Positions 17,163 through 21,427 of a stretch of 21,427 bases of DNA are shown here, piece after piece. Where the stretch lies: positions 1 to 21,427 of the forward strand of contig JBGPXN010000072.1 of NCBI GenBank assembly GCA_041492755.1, given 5' to 3'. This stretch comes from Candidatus Methylomirabilia bacterium. Lineage in GTDB: Bacteria > Methylomirabilota > Methylomirabilia > Rokubacteriales > CSP1-6. A model generated the notes under the pieces. That model was not told where the DNA came from. It searched no databases and worked only from the letters and a program-made list of their open reading frames with translations. The position numbers and the translations under genes are program-made. Each line of letters begins with the position of its first letter. Position 1 is the first letter of the stretch.

Positions 17163-18415
17163 GAAGCCTCCCGTCCCTCCCCTATCTCGCTCGACTTCTT
17201 GATGTCCAGGATCGTGGGGAGGTTCCCCTCTCCCGGCACCCGCTCGATCCGCGTGATCTGGTTCATCCGGGTCACGATGTCCCGGATCCGGCGCACGGCG
17301 GCCAGCGCCTGATTGATCCACCGGGCCTCTTGCCCATCGTCGGGCAGCCGCCGCAGCAACAGATCCAGCGAGCCCATCACGATCGCCAGCGGGTTGTTGA
17401 TCTCGTGGGCGGCCGCGTTGGCCAGCTCGGTGACGCCCCGCAGCTCGGCCGTCTCCCGCGCCGCCTCCTCGGCCGCCTCGCGCGCCTGGGCGTCGCGGAA
17501 GATGATGATCTCATAGCGCCGCCCGCTGTGGTGCACCAGTCGTCGGGTGAGATCGATGCGGATCGTGGCCCCGGCCCGGGTCCGGAACGGCAGCCCGAAG
17601 CTGCGGGCGAAGCCCTGCGCCTGCGCTTCGGCCCGGGCCGCTTCGTGCTCGGCCCGGGGCGCCGCCTCCGTGGGCCAGAAGTCCCGGGCGTCGCGGCCGA
17701 TCATCTCCTGGCGGCTGAACCCGGACAGCTCGCAGTCGCCGCGGTTGCAGTCGAGGACGCGGTGCGTGTCCGCGTCGACGATGCGCAGGGCGTCGGAGGC
17801 TTCGTCGATGATCGCGTGGAAGCGCTGCTGCTCGGCCTTGAGGCGCGCTTCCTCGACGACGTCCTGGATCAGGCGGGCCGCCACCCCGATGCCGACGACG
17901 TACGTGATCAGCAGCGGCGCCCACACCCGCTCCAACAAGCTGCTGCCGTAGGGGCCGACGAACAGGAAGGACACGTAGGTGGCGACGAACACCGCTCCGG
18001 TCAGGGTGTAGGCATGCTGCGCGCGGACGCCGCGGTCGCGCCGGGCCCAGACGTGCGCCGCCGCCCCCAGGGCCGCGGCCACCGACAGGCCGATCACGCC
18101 GGCGGTCGCGCCTGGCCCGCCCATCCATATGCGGTAGAGCGCCGGAATGGCGCCGGCGAACACCGCGGCCGGCCAGCCTTCGAAGAGCGCGATGAGGGCG
18201 ACGGGGACGGCGCGGCCATCGATGAAGACACCCTCACTGAGCTGGATGCGGGCGATCATGAGGACGAGCGCCAAAAGCCCGAACACGACGCCGGACACCG
18301 GCGCCCGCCAGCGCTGGGCCGGGCGGCCCGGACCGAACCACTGGTAGGTGTACGAGTAGAAGACGACGCCGAGGACGAGGACCCCGGCCGCCTCCAGAAC
18401 GTGATGGAAGTCGAT
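17159..18415 (-). CDS. LytS/YhcK-type 5TM receptor + PAS + HisKA sensor lacking HATPase (~418 aa, probable non-canonical ATC start)
   Basis: GVFIDGRAVPVALIALFEGW..YRIWMGGPGATAG (5TM-5TMR_LYT), PAS (IIDEASDA..CELSGFSRQEMIGR) and H-box AAAHEINNPLAIV. The frame stays open and coding-like 39 codons upstream of the ORF-track start at 18298. Confidence 0.85.
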   Translation of the reverse strand: MDFHHVLEAAGVLVLGVVFYSYTYQWFGPGRPAQRWRAPVSGVVFGLLALVLMIARIQLSEGVFIDGRAVPVALIALFEGWPAAVFAGAIPALYRIWMGGPGATAGVIGLSVAAALGAAAHVWARRDRGVRAQHAYTLTGAVFVATYVSFLFVGPYGSSLLERVWAPLLITYVVGIGVAARLIQDVVEEARLKAEQQRFHAIIDEASDALRIVDADTHRVLDCNRGDCELSGFSRQEMIGRDARDFWPTEAAPRAEHEAARAEAQAQGFARSFGLPFRTRAGATIRIDLTRRLVHHSGRRYEIIIFRDAQAREAAEEAARETAELRGVTELANAAAHEINNPLAIVMGSLDLLLRRLPDDGQEARWINQALAAVRRIRDIVTRMNQITRIERVPGEGNLPTILDIKKSSEIGEGREAS

Positions 18416-18416
18416 G

Positions 18417-18878
18417 CTATTCGACCTCGAGGATCATCTCGATCTCCACGGGAATGCCCATGGGCAGCTCCGCCATGCCGACGGCGGACCGAGCGTGCTT
18501 GCCGATCGCCTCGCCGAAGATCTCCACCATGAGGTCCGAGAACCCGTTGATGACCTTGGGCTGGTCGCCGAAGCCGTCGGCGGAGTTGACCATGCCGAGC
18601 ACTTTCACCACGCGCTTGACCTTGTCGAGACTGCCGAGCGTGTTGCGGGTGGTGGCGAGGAGATTGAGACCGACCTCGCGGGCGACCTGGTATCCCTGCT
18701 CGAGCGACAGGTCGCGACCGAGCTTGCCGCGCGCGACGGCCTTGCCGTCGCGGATCGGCCCGTGGCCGGAGACGAAGAGGAGGTTGCCGACGCGAACGGC
18801 GCCGACGTAGTTTGCCAGCGGCGTGGCCTGCGCCGGCAGCGTGATGTTCTTCTCCTTGAGGCGCGCCTCTGCGCCCAT
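18417..18878 (-). CDS. RidA/YjgF/YER057c/UK114 family protein, 153 aa
   Basis: GAGGAGG SD plus ATG at 18878. PLANYVGAVRVGNLLFVSGHGP, DQPKVINGFSDLMVEIFGEAIGKHARSAVGMAELP..IPVEIE. Confidence 0.93.
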   Translation of the reverse strand: MGAEARLKEKNITLPAQATPLANYVGAVRVGNLLFVSGHGPIRDGKAVARGKLGRDLSLEQGYQVAREVGLNLLATTRNTLGSLDKVKRVVKVLGMVNSADGFGDQPKVINGFSDLMVEIFGEAIGKHARSAVGMAELPMGIPVEIEMILEVE

Positions 18879-18933
18879 GCGATCCTCCTCACGGGAAATG
18901 ACAGAACCGCGGGCATCGTGGCACACTCCGGAC

Positions 18934-19731
18934 GTGCCCGTCAAACCTTCGCCCGCGCTTCCCGCCCCCGCCGCCACCCTCGTGCTCCTCCGCGACCGCG
19001 TCGAAGGCGGCGTGGAGACGCTCCTCATCCAGCGGCATCACGGCAGCCGCTTCGCCGCCGGCGATTTCGTGTTCCCCGGCGGCCGGGTCGAGCCGGCGGA
19101 CGATCCCGACGACGCCGACTCGTGGAGCGCGGGGCCGTCGGCGGCCGACGCGGCGCGCCTCCTCGGACTCGCCGCCGATGCGCCCGGCGCCGTCGGTTAC
19201 TGGATCGGCGCCATCCGGGAGGCATTCGAGGAGGTTGGCATCCTGCTCGCGCGTGACGGGGCCGGACAGTTTCCCGCTACCGCCGACCCGTCCTTCCTCG
19301 AGCATCGGCGGGCCTGCCAGCAGGACCACCGGACCTTGTGGAGCATGCTGCGCGCGGAAGGGCTGCGACTCGCCACCGATCGTCTCGCGTACTTCGCGCA
19401 CTGGATCACCCCCGAGGAGAACCCGATCCGGTTCGACACGCGCTTTTTCGTGGCCGAGATGCCGCCCGGCCAGGACGCCATTGCCGACGATCACGAGATC
19501 ATCGGAGTGCGCTGGCTCTCGCCCGCCGCCGCCGTCGCGGCGATGCGCAGCAAGGAGATCTCGCTACGCTTGCCGACCCTGACGAATCTCCGGATGTTCG
19601 ACGGCGCGCGCTCGGCGGCCGAGGCCATCGAGCGCGTGGCCGGACGCGGGGTGCCGACGATCCGGCCGCGCGTGATCACGGAAAACGGGGTCCGTCGGGC
19701 CCTGCTCCCCGGGGATCCGGGCTATTACTAG
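18934..19731 (+). CDS. NUDIX hydrolase (Nudt19-like)
   Basis: PAATLVLLRD, FVFPGGRVE...AIREAFEEVGILL (split Nudix box), AHWITPEENPIRFDTRFF. Start is GTG 18934 or ATG 18898. Confidence 0.9.
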   Translation: MPVKPSPALPAPAATLVLLRDRVEGGVETLLIQRHHGSRFAAGDFVFPGGRVEPADDPDDADSWSAGPSAADAARLLGLAADAPGAVGYWIGAIREAFEEVGILLARDGAGQFPATADPSFLEHRRACQQDHRTLWSMLRAEGLRLATDRLAYFAHWITPEENPIRFDTRFFVAEMPPGQDAIADDHEIIGVRWLSPAAAVAAMRSKEISLRLPTLTNLRMFDGARSAAEAIERVAGRGVPTIRPRVITENGVRRALLPGDPGYY

Positions 19732-19872
19732 CTGGCGGCACGACATTCGCCTGACCAGCCTCTGACCGGTGGCGTCACGGCGCCGGCAGGGCAGAAGTGG
19801 GAAAAAGATTTCACGGGATGCGTCCGGCGTTCGGAGGCTGATAGATTGCGCGGTGGTGGGACCGGAAGCACC

Positions 19873-20646
19873 ATGAGCGCAACCGCGACCTGGCAAGAGC
19901 TCCTGAAGACGCCGCATCCGTGCGACCACTTCGTGCAGCTCTACACCGACGACCGTTTCTTGGCCCGCGCGGTCAGCCACTTCATCGGCACCGGCCTCGC
20001 GGTCGGTGAAGCCGCGGTCATCATCGCGATCCCGGCCCACCTGGCCTTGTTCGCCGCGCATCTCGAGGACGTCCCGGGCGCGCTCGACCGCCGGCAGCTC
20101 GTCTGGCTCGAGGCCGAGCCATCGCTGGCGACGTTCATGGTCGACGGCATGCCGGACCGGGTGGCGTTCCGTGCGTTGGCGGCAGGCATGGTCGATCGCG
20201 TCCGCTCCGCGGGATATCACAAGATCCGGCTCTACGGTGAGATGGTCGATCTGCTCTGGCCACACAATCTCGAAGCGTCGGTGCGGCTCGAGGAGATGTG
20301 GAACGAGGTGCTCGACGACGAGCAGGTCTCGCTGCTGTGCGCGTATCGCATCGACAACTTCGATCGGTATGCGCATCGGAGCGTGCTGCTCCGGGTGAGC
20401 GAGACGCACTCGCACCTGATTCCCGTCGACGACTACCAGCGCTTCGACCAGGCGGTCTCGCGCGCCTACGCCGACGTGTTCGGTCCGCAGGGCGACGCCG
20501 AGGCGCTGCGGGACGTTCTGGTCTCGCGCTTCCCGTCGGAACCCGCCATGCCGCCAGCCCAGGCGGCCCTCATCGCGCTCCGCGGCATCGACGGCCGCAC
20601 GGCCGACGCCGTCCTGGAGCGCGCCCGGGACTACTACCGAAGCTAG
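19873..20646 (+). CDS. MEDS (DcmR-like sensory) domain protein, 257 aa
   Basis: DHFVQLYTDD, FIGTGLAVGEAAVIIA, LATFMVDGMPD, IRLYGEMVDLLW..A..RLEEMWNE..SLLCAY. Confidence 0.88.
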   Translation: MSATATWQELLKTPHPCDHFVQLYTDDRFLARAVSHFIGTGLAVGEAAVIIAIPAHLALFAAHLEDVPGALDRRQLVWLEAEPSLATFMVDGMPDRVAFRALAAGMVDRVRSAGYHKIRLYGEMVDLLWPHNLEASVRLEEMWNEVLDDEQVSLLCAYRIDNFDRYAHRSVLLRVSETHSHLIPVDDYQRFDQAVSRAYADVFGPQGDAEALRDVLVSRFPSEPAMPPAQAALIALRGIDGRTADAVLERARDYYRS

Positions 20647-20748
20647 CCCGCGAAACCCGTCGTACCAGCCGAGCACGCGCAGGCCGTGGCGCAGGGCTAT
20701 ACTCCGGACGTCGAGGGTCGGTCCCGGGCCTGGAAAGGAGTTAGGGTC

Positions 20749-21276
20749 ATGACCACTCACATCGGCGCCACTCACGAAGAGGTCTCCACCAACTCCGCCC
20801 CCGAGGTCGCTAGCGTCTACCAGGAAGGCTTCCTCGCCGGCATCGTCGCCGCGGTGACGGTCGCCCTGTGGTTCCTGGTCGTGGACGCGCTTTCCGGACG
20901 CCCGTTCTACACGCCCACCGTGCTCGGGACCGCACTCTTCCGGCGCGGCGCCGGGCTCGCCTCGCCCGAGACGTTGCCGGTCTCGTTCGAGATGGTGTGG
21001 ATGTTCACGTGGGTGCACGCGCTCGCGTTCGCAGCCCTGGGTGGGATCGCGTCCTGGCTGTTGGCGGCGGTCGACCGCAACCCCAACATCGGTTTCGGTG
21101 TCCTGCTGCTCTTCGTGGTCTTCGAGGCCGGGTTCACGTCGGCCGCGCTCGCCTTCGCTGGCCCAATCCTGCATGCGCTGACATGGCCGTCGATCCTGGT
21201 CGCCAACCTGCTCGCCGCGGCGGCGATGGCCGTCTATTTCCGGCTGCGCCACCCGCGCATGCAGGTCAGCCCTTGA
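20749..21276 (+). CDS. Hypothetical integral membrane protein (~4 TM), 175 aa
   Basis: AAAGGAG SD plus ATG. EGFLAGIVAAVTVALWFLVVD..GRPFYTPTVLG..FTWVH. Four hydrophobic segments. Confidence 0.85.
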   Translation: MTTHIGATHEEVSTNSAPEVASVYQEGFLAGIVAAVTVALWFLVVDALSGRPFYTPTVLGTALFRRGAGLASPETLPVSFEMVWMFTWVHALAFAALGGIASWLLAAVDRNPNIGFGVLLLFVVFEAGFTSAALAFAGPILHALTWPSILVANLLAAAAMAVYFRLRHPRMQVSP

Positions 21277-21305
21277 GTTCCTCGGAAGGGGGCGCCTTCC
21301 GTGGC

Positions 21306-21427
21306 CTCGGAGAGTGTGAGGGAATTGCGCCACGGCTTCGCCGCGGCGCGCCGAGCGCCGGGGGGTATCGAGGGGTGCCACGGCTTTGCCGGGGCGCCCC
21401 GAGCGCCGGGGGGTATCGAGGGGTGCC
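21306..21427 (-). repeat. 48-bp tandem repeat of the REP-like family (at least 2 units, runs off the window)
   Basis: Units start at 21329, 21377 and 21425 (gccacggctt(c/t)gccg(c/g)ggcgc(g/c)ccgagcgccggggggtatcgaggggt). The reverse complement resembles 3104-3150, and 21306-21326 matches 3160-3180 at 19/21. Confidence 0.9.

Noticed and set aside
19564..21381. 605-aa - strand ORF
   Set aside because: Shadow spanning three well-supported + strand genes.
21329..21427. CRISPR array
   Set aside because: Units are head-to-tail near-identical with no unique spacers, there are no cas genes, and the sequence belongs to the dispersed REP-like family.

Overview
High-GC bacterial window. The G/C-run palindromic repeats and gene content resemble Candidatus Rokubacteria (Methylomirabilota), but that is inference only. 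The left edge holds the 5' part of an IS110-family element (DEDD recombinase on the - strand, missed by the ORF track). It is inserted into a REP-like palindrome, and its ~230-bp left end has the layout of a bridge RNA: target guides match the REP repeat and a donor guide matches the element's own junction. Next come a glycogen debranching enzyme, a REP-like mosaic cluster, an SGNH/AlgX-AlgJ-like protein and a GNAT. Two genes then survive only as fused N- and C-termini (M20 peptidase, polX). These are followed by a four-gene operon (two hypotheticals, a signal-less BtuF-like protein, a HAD hydrolase), a ~1413-aa secreted MBG/Ig-repeat protein with a candidate sigma54 promoter, a third internally deleted gene (EamA) and a ~195-bp rod-like palindrome. 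The right part carries a CoxL-M-S-like molybdenum hydroxylase, a small membrane ORF, a 5TM-PAS-HisKA sensor lacking an ATPase domain (probable ATC start), RidA, a NUDIX hydrolase, a MEDS-domain protein, a membrane protein and a 48-bp tandem repeat of the same REP-like family.
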